A DNA stretch of 20,073 nucleotides from assembly GCA_964453345.1 (NCBI GenBank), contig CAYVOC010000025.1, positions 1 through 20,073 of the forward strand, in the 5' to 3' direction. The position numbers and the translations under genes are program-made. This DNA is from an uncultured Aquificales bacterium (lineage in GTDB: Bacteria > Thermosulfidibacterota > Thermosulfidibacteria > Thermosulfidibacterales > Thermosulfidibacteraceae). Under the pieces are notes generated by a model. That model searched no databases, was not told the origin of the DNA, and worked only from the letters and a program-made list of their open reading frames with translations. Of this stretch, positions 12,879 to 20,073 are shown in pieces. Each line of letters starts with the position of its first letter. Position 1 is the stretch's first letter.

Positions 12879-12889
12879 GGGGGTGCTGC

Positions 12890-14314
12890 GTGTCCGGCAT
12901 ACGTTTTGGAACGGACGGGTGGAGGGGTATCATAGGTGAAACCTTCACCTTTGAGAATGTGAGAAGGGTTGCCCAGGCCACCTGCGATTACGTCAGGGAT
13001 CGGGGATGGGATCCCAAAAGGGGCATTTTTATAGGATACGATACGAGGTTCTTCTCGGAGCTTTTTGCAAGGGCGGTGGCGGAGGTCTTTGCCGGAAACG
13101 GCTTTAAGGTTCTCTTCAGCCCCACCTTTGTTCCCACGCCCTTTGTTACCTTTGCCATAACCGTGGAGGGTGCGGGCTTTGGCGTTTCCATAACCGCGAG
13201 CCATAACCCCTACCAGTATAACGGCTACAAGCTGAGGACCCCCAAGGGAGGGGCGGCGCCCCCGGAGATAACCAGGCCCATAGAGGAGAGGATTGGGGCC
13301 TCTGATGTTAGGGCCATGGACTTTGATGAGGCCCTGTCCAAGGGGCTGGTGGAATACCTCAACCTTTACCCAAAATACTTTGACTGGGTGAGGGAGAAGG
13401 TTGATCTTGATGCCATAGGCGGATGCGGTTTCAGGGTGGTTGTCAATCCCATGCACGGTGCGGCCATGGACCTTGTGAAATCCCTGCTCTATCCCTCCGG
13501 ATGCTTGGTTGAGGCCATAAACTCCTACAGGGACGCCTTCTTTGGCTTCAAGCATCCGGAACCCATAGAGAAGAACATAGGCGATCTCATAGCCAGGGTG
13601 AGGGAACGGCAGGCGGATGTTGGAATAGCCACGGATGGGGACGGTGACAGGCTGGGCATGGTGGATGAGAAGGGGGGCTTTGTTAACCCCCATCAGATCT
13701 ATGCGCTTATACTGCTGCACCTTGTAAAGCACAGGGGCTTGAGGGGAGGCATAGCCAAGACTGTCTCAACCACCTCTCTTCTCAACAAGATAGCTGAAAA
13801 ATTTGGCCTTGAGGTGGTGGAGACCGCCGTAGGTTTCAAATACATAGCCGATCTTCTGGCGGATGGCAGGGTTATCATGGGGGGGGAGGAGTCCGGTGGG
13901 ATAGGTGTCTGCTTCCACATTCCGGAAAGGGACGGGAGCTTTTCGGCTCTTCTCGTGCTTGAGTATATGGCCAAGGAGGGCAAATCCCTTTCTGAGCTTG
14001 TGCAGGAGATGTTTGACGAGTTCGGTCCCCACCTTTACAGGCGCATAGATGTGAGGGTGGGGGATGTTTCGGAGGCCCGCAGGTTCGTTGATGGACTCAA
14101 GGAGGAGGTGCCGGATAGCTTTGCCGGATCTAAGGTTGTGGATGTCAATACGGTGGACGGGGTGAAACTGGTTCTCGAGGATGGCTCCTGGATACTCTTC
14201 AGGGCCTCTGGAACGGAGCCCCTGCTCAGGGTTTACTGTGAGAGCTTTTCAGAGGCGAGGCTGGAGGAGATTCTTGACGGAGGAAGGAGACTCGTTGGGG
14301 AAAGGCTCTCCTGA
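12890..14314 (+). CDS. Phosphoglucomutase/phosphomannomutase family (alpha-D-phosphohexomutase)
   Basis: FGTDGWRG, phosphoserine loop TASHNP, metal loop DGDGDR, sugar loop GEESGG, phosphate loop RASGTEP. GTG start with SD AAGGGGG. Confidence 0.95.
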   Translation: MSGIRFGTDGWRGIIGETFTFENVRRVAQATCDYVRDRGWDPKRGIFIGYDTRFFSELFARAVAEVFAGNGFKVLFSPTFVPTPFVTFAITVEGAGFGVSITASHNPYQYNGYKLRTPKGGAAPPEITRPIEERIGASDVRAMDFDEALSKGLVEYLNLYPKYFDWVREKVDLDAIGGCGFRVVVNPMHGAAMDLVKSLLYPSGCLVEAINSYRDAFFGFKHPEPIEKNIGDLIARVRERQADVGIATDGDGDRLGMVDEKGGFVNPHQIYALILLHLVKHRGLRGGIAKTVSTTSLLNKIAEKFGLEVVETAVGFKYIADLLADGRVIMGGEESGGIGVCFHIPERDGSFSALLVLEYMAKEGKSLSELVQEMFDEFGPHLYRRIDVRVGDVSEARRFVDGLKEEVPDSFAGSKVVDVNTVDGVKLVLEDGSWILFRASGTEPLLRVYCESFSEARLEEILDGGRRLVGERLS

Positions 14315-15032
14315 AACCGTCGATTATCTGCGCAAGTGGGATCTTCGTGTAATTCAGGCTGAGGAAGGCTTCAGATTCGCCGTTGATTCCCTGATACTTG
14401 CGGCTTTGGCGGATCTTCCCTCAAGGGGCAGGGTGATGGATCTCGGTTCCGGAAACGGAGTGGTCTCCTTCATAGTTGCAAGGAGGCGCCCTCAGGTTGA
14501 GGTGGTGGGCCTTGAGATACAGCCCCAGATGGTTGAAAGGGCAAAGAGGGGAGCGGTTCTCAACTCGCTTGCCGATAGAGTGAGCTTTGTTGAGGGATCC
14601 TATGCGGATGTGAGGAGGCTCTTCAGGCCCGAAAGCTTTTCCTATGTGATCTCCAATCCCCCCTATCGGGAGAGGGGCGCAGGTAGAATTCCCCCCAATC
14701 GAGAGGAGGCAATTGCAAAGTGTGAGATTGAGGCGGATCTGAGCCATCTTGTTGCGGCGGCATCCTATCTTCTCCCCACCAAGGGCAGGTTTGGAGTGAT
14801 ATTCTGTGCGGAGAGGGTTGCGGATCTGTTCTGGGAGCTAAAAAGGGCTTCTCTTGAGCCAAAAAGGGCGGTCTTTGTCCATCCCCGTATTAATGAAGAG
14901 GCCCAGTTCGTGTTTGTTGAGGCGGTTAAGAATGCGAAGAAGGGACAGCTTGCGGTGGAGGCGCCTCTGATCATCTACGATGAGCATGGGCGGTATACGG
15001 AGAGGATGAGGGAGCTTATAGGGGTGAGGTGA
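14295..15032 (+). CDS. tRNA1(Val) adenine(37)-N6-methyltransferase family (YfiC/TrmN6-like) SAM methyltransferase
   Basis: GFRFAVDSLILA, SAM motif DLGSGNG, LEIQ, SNPPY, IAKCE, LEPKR..FVHP. Start moved to the in-frame TTG at 14295, preceded by GGAAGGAG; the track start at 14181 would overlap the upstream gene by 134 bp. Confidence 0.85.
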   Translation: MGKGSPETVDYLRKWDLRVIQAEEGFRFAVDSLILAALADLPSRGRVMDLGSGNGVVSFIVARRRPQVEVVGLEIQPQMVERAKRGAVLNSLADRVSFVEGSYADVRRLFRPESFSYVISNPPYRERGAGRIPPNREEAIAKCEIEADLSHLVAAASYLLPTKGRFGVIFCAERVADLFWELKRASLEPKRAVFVHPRINEEAQFVFVEAVKNAKKGQLAVEAPLIIYDEHGRYTERMRELIGVR

Positions 15033-16696
15033 TGCGCTGGGTTCTTGCCGATCCTGATGCCGCTTCCGTGGGCAGGTTGATCTGTGATCTTGGGATATGC
15101 GAGGCAACAGCAAAGGTTTTGGTGAACAGGGGGGTTACAGTCCCCGAGGTGGCCAGAGGGTATCTGAGCGAGCCCATGAACCTTCTGAATGACCCCTACC
15201 TCTTTTCCGGAATGGAAAAGGCGGTGGACAGGATAAAGAGGGCCGTTGTGCGTGGGGAACCCATTCTGATCTACGGGGACTACGATGCGGATGGCATAAC
15301 GGGATCGGCCCTTCTCTATCTATTCCTCAAAGAGATGGGGGCGGAGGTTGAGGTCTTTATCCCTGATAGATTCAGACACGGTTACGGTTTGACCAGAGAG
15401 GCTTTGAGGGATCTTGGCGGCAACGGGTTCAGGCTTCTTGTGACCGTTGACTGCGGCATAACCTCCGTGGTTGAGGTGGCTTCCCTTGTGGGGTCGGGGG
15501 TTGATGTTATCATAACCGATCACCATACGCCCGGAGCCCTCATACCGGATGCCTTAGCGGTGATAAACCCCAAGCTGGATGCGGGCTATCCTTTCAAGGA
15601 TCTGGCGGGCGTGGGTGTCGCTATGAAGCTGGTTGAGGCCTTAGCTTTAGAGTTCGGCGGCTCTCAGCTCAGAAGGGCGGTTCTTAAAAGATTTCTGCCC
15701 CTTGTGGCCCTTGGAACCGTTGCGGATGTGGTTCCCCTTATCGGGGAGAACCGCTTTTTCGTGAAGTATGGGCTCAGGCTCATGGGTGAGCACACAGGGA
15801 TAAGGGCCCTTATGGAGGCGGCGGGCATAAAGGATAGACAGCTCGTTCCATGGGATGTCTCCTTCATCCTTGCTCCAAGGATCAACGCCCCAGGTCGCAT
15901 GAGCACCGCTCTTAAGTCCTTTAGGCTGCTTATTACCGAGGATGAGGCGGAGGCGGAGTCCCTCGCTATGGAACTGAGCAGGGAGAACAGCGCGAGGCAG
16001 AGGGAGGAGGAGAGGGTTGTGAACGAGGCCCTGGATAGATACAGGGATCTGGGGGTGAGGTTAGCCTTCATATGGGGCGAGGGATGGCATCCCGGCGTCA
16101 TAGGCATAGCGGCGTCCAAGGTGGCAAGAAGGCTCGCCATGCCGGCCATTCTGGTGAGCTTCTTTGACTCGGATCGGGTTGGCAGGGGGTCGGGCAGAAG
16201 CTACGGGGGAGTGGATCTGTATGGTGTGGTGAGCAGGGCCTCCTCCTGCATGATCTCCTTCGGAGGGCACAGGCAGGCGGTGGGATTCTCCGTGGAGAGA
16301 GAAAGGCTTGAGGAGGTTGTCGCGCTGCTTGTTGATGCCATGTCCGGAGTCAGGGTTGAGGAGGACCTTCTGAAGGTGGATGCAGTTCTGGAGCTTGAGG
16401 ACCTTGAGGTTGGCTTTTTGAGAGAGCTTTTGCAGCTTGCCCCCTTTGGTGAGGGGTTTGAGGAGCCCCTCTTCATGTTCAGAAATCTGAGGGTGAGGTT
16501 TCCAAAGGAGATGTCCAACGGGGGACTTATGTTTGAGGTGGTTAAGGGGAAACTTGCGGTGGATGTGGTCTCCTTCGATCCCATCTCCCTCTCCTCGGGG
16601 GATGTGATTGACATGGTGGCTTCCGTGGAGCTTTCCGAATGGAGGGGGAAAAAGAGGCTCAGGCTAAGGTGCAAGGATGCAGGACGCAGTCAGTAA
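15029..16696 (+). CDS. recJ: Single-stranded-DNA-specific exonuclease RecJ
   Basis: DHH family motifs IYGDYDADG, TVDCG, ITDHH, LAGVGVA, GTVADVVPL, PRINAPGR, HPGVIGI, GSGRS, GGH, APFG. Start is GTG 15029 or ATG 15032. Confidence 0.97.
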   Translation: MMRWVLADPDAASVGRLICDLGICEATAKVLVNRGVTVPEVARGYLSEPMNLLNDPYLFSGMEKAVDRIKRAVVRGEPILIYGDYDADGITGSALLYLFLKEMGAEVEVFIPDRFRHGYGLTREALRDLGGNGFRLLVTVDCGITSVVEVASLVGSGVDVIITDHHTPGALIPDALAVINPKLDAGYPFKDLAGVGVAMKLVEALALEFGGSQLRRAVLKRFLPLVALGTVADVVPLIGENRFFVKYGLRLMGEHTGIRALMEAAGIKDRQLVPWDVSFILAPRINAPGRMSTALKSFRLLITEDEAEAESLAMELSRENSARQREEERVVNEALDRYRDLGVRLAFIWGEGWHPGVIGIAASKVARRLAMPAILVSFFDSDRVGRGSGRSYGGVDLYGVVSRASSCMISFGGHRQAVGFSVERERLEEVVALLVDAMSGVRVEEDLLKVDAVLELEDLEVGFLRELLQLAPFGEGFEEPLFMFRNLRVRFPKEMSNGGLMFEVVKGKLAVDVVSFDPISLSSGDVIDMVASVELSEWRGKKRLRLRCKDAGRSQ

Positions 16697-17654
16697 GAGG
16701 GCCTTTATTGTTGCATCCCTTCTTGAAAGAAGGGGAGAGGTTGTTTCGGGGGAGGAGCTTTCCCTGCGGCTTGGCATATCCCGGGTGGCCCTTAATAAAC
16801 ACATCAAAAAATTGATTGAGCTGGGGGTTCCGATAGTCTCTGTTGAAAGGAAGGGATACCTCCTTGAGGGTGAACCGGACCTTCTCATCCCCGAGGTCGT
16901 TCTTGCCTATCTGCGGAATACGGGAGTCATAGGAAAGAGATATCACTTCTTTCCGGTTGTGGATTCCACAAACAGGGTGGCTCGGGATATGGCGGAGAGG
17001 GGAGAGCCTGAAGGTGCGGTTGTTGCTGCGGATTACCAGACCGCTGGAAGGGGAAGGAAGGGGAGAAGGTGGCACAGCCCTGCGGGCAGAAACCTCTATT
17101 TTTCTGTTATTCTTCGCCCTTCCATCTCCGCCGCCTTCATCTATCATGTGACGATGCTTGCCTCGGTTGCGGTTTGTCAGGCCCTCAGGGAACTTGAGGT
17201 TGACGCCCTTATCAAGTGGCCCAACGATGTTTATGTGTCGGGAAAGAAGATCTGCGGTGTTCTCACCGAGGCGGATCTTTTATCCTCGGGCGTGAATTAC
17301 CTGGTCGTTGGAGTTGGGGTCAATGTCAACGCAGGTCCCGAGGACTTCCCGGAGGATGTCAGGGGCATTGCCACATCCCTTTTGATGGAGAAGGGGATTC
17401 GCTTCAACAGGGCTAAGCTTTTGGCGAGAATCCTTCTGCTCATGGACAGATGGTATGCTAAGCTGAAGCTCAGGGAGACCGCCGATCTGTTCCGATACTG
17501 GAGGGAGCACAACTACACCATAGGTAGAAGAGTGAAGGTAGAGGGAGGGCTGGAGGGGGAGGCCATTGGTATTACGCCGGTGGGGGAGCTTCTTGTGAGG
17601 GACGAAGCGGGCCGCATCCACCAGGTTAGCGCCGGGGATGTGGAGGTTATGTAA
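16677..17654 (+). CDS. birA: Bifunctional biotin-protein ligase/repressor (type II BirA)
   Basis: N-terminal HTH SGEELSLRLGISRVALNKHIKKL, DSTN, QTAGRGRKGRRW, KWPND, KKICGVLTE, GVGVNV, C-terminal AGDV. Confidence 0.97.
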   Translation: MQDAVSKRAFIVASLLERRGEVVSGEELSLRLGISRVALNKHIKKLIELGVPIVSVERKGYLLEGEPDLLIPEVVLAYLRNTGVIGKRYHFFPVVDSTNRVARDMAERGEPEGAVVAADYQTAGRGRKGRRWHSPAGRNLYFSVILRPSISAAFIYHVTMLASVAVCQALRELEVDALIKWPNDVYVSGKKICGVLTEADLLSSGVNYLVVGVGVNVNAGPEDFPEDVRGIATSLLMEKGIRFNRAKLLARILLLMDRWYAKLKLRETADLFRYWREHNYTIGRRVKVEGGLEGEAIGITPVGELLVRDEAGRIHQVSAGDVEVM

Positions 17655-17660
17655 ATAACC

Positions 17661-17691
17661 TTGTAAATCTGCCTGAATGTGGATATACCTT
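17661..17691 (+). promoter_or_regulatory. Possible sigma70-type promoter for the sORF-KaiC unit
   Basis: AT-rich 67-bp gap after birA with TTGTAA(17661-17666)-17 bp-TATACC(17684-17689). The -10 is imperfect. Confidence 0.4.
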
Positions 17692-17721
17692 TAAGTAAAG
17701 TTGTTCCTTAAGGGGTGTAAA

Positions 17722-17877
17722 ATGAGAGACGAAGATTACGAGTTGGAACAGATTTTCAAACATTTCGAGAAACTTGTGGAAAAGGAGAGAAAGAGGAAGG
17801 TTAAGAGCAGCGGTCAGCAGCCTCAGGAGAAGGGCAAGAAGGAGGATACGAGGTATATAAGGCATGACAGGGACTAA
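17722..17877 (+). CDS. Small charged hypothetical protein (51 aa)
   Basis: Hand translation MRDEDYELEQIFKHFEKLVEKERKRKVKSSGQQPQEKGKKEDTRYIRHDRD*. SD-like AAGGGGTG just upstream of the ATG, AGA/AGG/AAG/GAG codons like its neighbours, and a 14-bp overlap with the KaiC start. It is shorter than any ORF in the supplied track. Confidence 0.7.
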   Translation: MRDEDYELEQIFKHFEKLVEKERKRKVKSSGQQPQEKGKKEDTRYIRHDRD

Positions 17878-18742
17878 TCAGGAGAGGGAGTGGCCCAAGC
17901 CCGTAGAGGAGAGCATAGGCAAGATAAGCGAGCTTGCCCAGAAGGCTCCGGAGCTTGTGGGGGTTCCCACCGGGGTTGAAGGGCTTGATGAGCTGTTCTT
18001 CACTGTGGAATACACCCCGAAGAGGAAGAAGCCCAAGAAGAAACCCCTCGGTGGTATCCCTCTGAGGGCTGTGATCAACATAACCGGGGTTGCTGATACC
18101 GGCAAAACCCTTATGGCCGAGCAGTTCACCGTCAAGCAGGCCTCCTTGGGGTATCCGGTTATATACGTTTCCGTTGAGAGTCCCGGACCCTTTGTGGCCT
18201 CATCTTTAAAACACAGGGCCAGGGCCATGGGGATCGATGAGGAGGTGGTGGAGGAGCATGCAGTTATAGTTGATGCGGCAAGCCACTCGATACTGAGGGA
18301 GGATATCCCCACGCTTCTTTCAACCCTGGCTCACGCAATCAAGACCTACAAGACCAAGAGCGTTGTTATAGATTCGGTGACCGGTCTGTATGAAGCCAAG
18401 GAGATGATGGCAAGAAGTGTTGTCAGAAGCATATTCAACTTCCTCAAAAAGTGGTATCAGACCGGTATTCTCATCTCTCAGAAGAGAAGCGGGCATGAGG
18501 AGCTTTCAGCCGAGGCGGCTGGTGGTTACGCGGTGGCCCACATAGTTGATGGCACCATAGTGGTCTCCAAGGAGCTTATAACCACCCAGCGCCAGGCCAA
18601 TCTATACAAGAGGCCCATAGGGGACCTGGTGAGGCTTTTCAGAATAGATGGCTGCCGACTCTGTGGACACGATACCAAGGTCAGGTTTCTGGAGATAACC
18701 GACGAGGGGCTTGTCAAAATAGGAGATCCCATATCTCCGTAG
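17864..18742 (+). CDS. Single-domain KaiC/RecA-superfamily ATPase, resembling the thermophile AF_0795 family (TIGR03878)
   Basis: GVPTGVEGLDELFF...PLGGIP, Walker A GVADTGKT, SVESP, Walker B VVIDSVTGLYEAKEMMAR, SQKRSGHEELSAEAAGGYAVAHIVDGTIV, FRIDGCRLCGHDT. Family assignment is from motif recognition, not a search. Confidence 0.9.
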   Translation: MTGTNQEREWPKPVEESIGKISELAQKAPELVGVPTGVEGLDELFFTVEYTPKRKKPKKKPLGGIPLRAVINITGVADTGKTLMAEQFTVKQASLGYPVIYVSVESPGPFVASSLKHRARAMGIDEEVVEEHAVIVDAASHSILREDIPTLLSTLAHAIKTYKTKSVVIDSVTGLYEAKEMMARSVVRSIFNFLKKWYQTGILISQKRSGHEELSAEAAGGYAVAHIVDGTIVVSKELITTQRQANLYKRPIGDLVRLFRIDGCRLCGHDTKVRFLEITDEGLVKIGDPISP

Positions 18743-18765
18743 GGTATCCTTTCCGGAGGTGTATC

Positions 18766-19287
18766 TTGAGGATACTGTTGGCTTCCTTGGTTCTTTTTAT
18801 GATGGTTTCGGCTGCGGCCCATGCAGCAGATCACAGGGATTTATTCCCCCTTTTGATCGATCTTCCCGGGTGGGATGCGGGGGAGCCTACGGGTGTGACG
18901 GTCACCACGGGAACGTCTGCAAGAACCGTAACGGCCGAAAGGGAGTATACCAAGGGTGACAAAAGGCTGCATGTGGTAATACTGTCCGGTGATATGGCCG
19001 GCCCTGTGACCGTCTATTTCTCGCCCCAGTTCAACCTCATGATCTCAACGGGGGCCGGTAAGGACCTTGTGGTCAGAAGCCTTGCCGTGAAGGGGAGGCC
19101 GGCCAGGGTGTTCATAGACAGAGCAAACAGAAGCATAAACCTCTATATCCTCTTGAGCAGGACTCTCGAGCCAGGCAGAGCGGTTTTCATGGGCTTCTCC
19201 TTTGAGAATGTGGGATACAATGAAGCCATCTCCATAGTGAACAGGTTTCCCATACACAGAGCGTCCAGGATAGCCGGGAGATTGTAG
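18766..19287 (+). CDS. Secreted/periplasmic hypothetical protein
   Basis: TTG start with SD GGAGGT. Sec-type signal peptide MRILLASLVLFMMVSAAAHA-AD (basic N-terminus, hydrophobic core, A-H-A site); 173 aa; no recognised domain. Confidence 0.8.
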   Translation: MRILLASLVLFMMVSAAAHAADHRDLFPLLIDLPGWDAGEPTGVTVTTGTSARTVTAEREYTKGDKRLHVVILSGDMAGPVTVYFSPQFNLMISTGAGKDLVVRSLAVKGRPARVFIDRANRSINLYILLSRTLEPGRAVFMGFSFENVGYNEAISIVNRFPIHRASRIAGRL

Positions 19288-19291
19288 GTCC

Positions 19292-20073
19292 ATGGAGGAA
19301 ATATACAGGAGGGCGGCCCGTCTTATCAGGGAGGCCGAGGTTCTGGTGATCACCGCAGGAGCGGGTATAGGGGTTGACTCCGGCCTTCCCGATTTCAGGG
19401 GTGATAGGGGCTTCTGGAGGGCCTATCCCCTTTACGAGAGGCTCGGACTGAATTTCATGGACATGGCAAACCCCTACCATTTTGAAAGGGATCCCGCCTT
19501 CGGATGGGGTTTCTACGGACACAGGCTTGAGCTATACAGGAAGACAACTCCTCACAGGGGATTTTACATAATGCTGGACTGGATAGAGAGGTTCTCTTTG
19601 GACTTTTTCGTGGTTACCTCAAACGTGGATGGTCAGTTTCAGAAGGCGGGCTATCCTGAAGATAGGATCTATGAAATACATGGTTCCATACATTATCTAC
19701 AGTGTATAAGGCCCTGTTGCGATGACATATGGGAGAATACCTTCGAAATTCCTGTTGATTATGAGACCATGCGCGCCAGGTTTATCCCGAAATGTATCCA
19801 CTGCGGTGCAGTCGCCCGCCCCAACATCCTCATGTTCGGGGACTGGAGCTGGGTGGGCAACAGAACCTATGAGCAGGGCGAAAGGTATAGGAGGTTTCTG
19901 GCGGATGTTAAGGGGAAAAGAGTGGTGGTTGTTGAGATAGGCGCTGGAACCGCCATCCCCTCCATACGCCATACAAGCGAATCCCTGATAAAAAGCCACA
20001 ACGCTTCTCTTATAAGAATCAATCCCAGAGAATATCAGGTTCCTTCAGGGCAGATATCCATACCTGAAGGCGC
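19292..20073 (+). CDS. Sir2-family NAD-dependent protein deacylase (sirtuin), 3' end outside the window
   Basis: Not in the ORF track; hand translation from ATG 19292: MEEIYRRAARLIREAEVLVITAGAGIGVDSGLPDFRG..., TSNVDGQFQKAG, EIHGSIHYLQCIRPCC, PKCIHCGAVARPNILMFGD, EIGAGTAIP, LIRINPRE. The frame stays open to the window end. Confidence 0.95.
   Translation, partial: MEEIYRRAARLIREAEVLVITAGAGIGVDSGLPDFRGDRGFWRAYPLYERLGLNFMDMANPYHFERDPAFGWGFYGHRLELYRKTTPHRGFYIMLDWIERFSLDFFVVTSNVDGQFQKAGYPEDRIYEIHGSIHYLQCIRPCCDDIWENTFEIPVDYETMRARFIPKCIHCGAVARPNILMFGDWSWVGNRTYEQGERYRRFLADVKGKRVVVVEIGAGTAIPSIRHTSESLIKSHNASLIRINPREYQVPSGQISIPEG

Noticed and set aside
12875..13732. 285-aa antisense ORF opposite the phosphohexomutase
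   Set aside because: Shadow ORF with no motifs.
17661..17690. Possible BirA operator (TTGTAAATC...GATATACCT) just downstream of birA
   Set aside because: The left half resembles the TGTAAAC-type half-site, but the right half matches poorly and no biotin genes follow. It is better explained as a -35/-10 pair.
17647..17865. 72-aa minus-strand hydrophobic ORF (MPYIPRILLLALLL...)
   Set aside because: It looks like a signal peptide but is the reverse complement of the purine-rich plus-strand sORF. It has no SD, and its start would collide with the KaiC start.
17864..18742. Circadian clock (kaiABC) locus
   Set aside because: Single ATPase domain, no ST phosphosite pair at the aligned position, and no kaiA or kaiB in the window.
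19045..19999. Short track ORFs near the right end (19045-19353, 19187-19522, 19697-19999, 19722-19940)
   Set aside because: They are alternative frames over the secreted protein and the sirtuin gene.
17864..20073. Sir2 plus ATPase as an anti-phage system (Sir2-HerA, Thoeris or DSR-like)
   Set aside because: The sirtuin is a short zinc-binding deacylase type, not recognisably a SIR2_2 NADase effector. The ATPase is KaiC-like, not HerA, and there is no defence-island or mobile context.

Overview
Very gene-dense window from a bacterial chromosome. The host is probably a thermophile, judging by frequent AGG/AGA Arg and ATA Ile codons, Glu/Lys-rich proteins and a KaiC-domain family I recall being thermophile-restricted. 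It is mostly housekeeping genes in five blocks: (-) alaC-like aminotransferase and hom; (+) prmC-murA-hisG; (-) LonC-like protease, cmk, TPR protein, fmt, ccdA, ligA, tatA; (+) phosphohexomutase, tRNA A37 methyltransferase, recJ, birA; and (+) a 51-aa small ORF, a single-domain KaiC ATPase, a secreted hypothetical protein and a sirtuin that runs off the right edge. I found no tRNA, rRNA, CRISPR array, transposase or integrase. Three CDSs are missing from the supplied ORF track: hom (1..1315, -), the small ORF (17722..17877, +) and the sirtuin (19292..>20073, +). Three starts probably need shortening (prmC, Lon, methyltransferase). The best candidate for undescribed biology is the final sORF-KaiC-secreted protein-sirtuin unit, but its functional linkage is only an inference from gene spacing.
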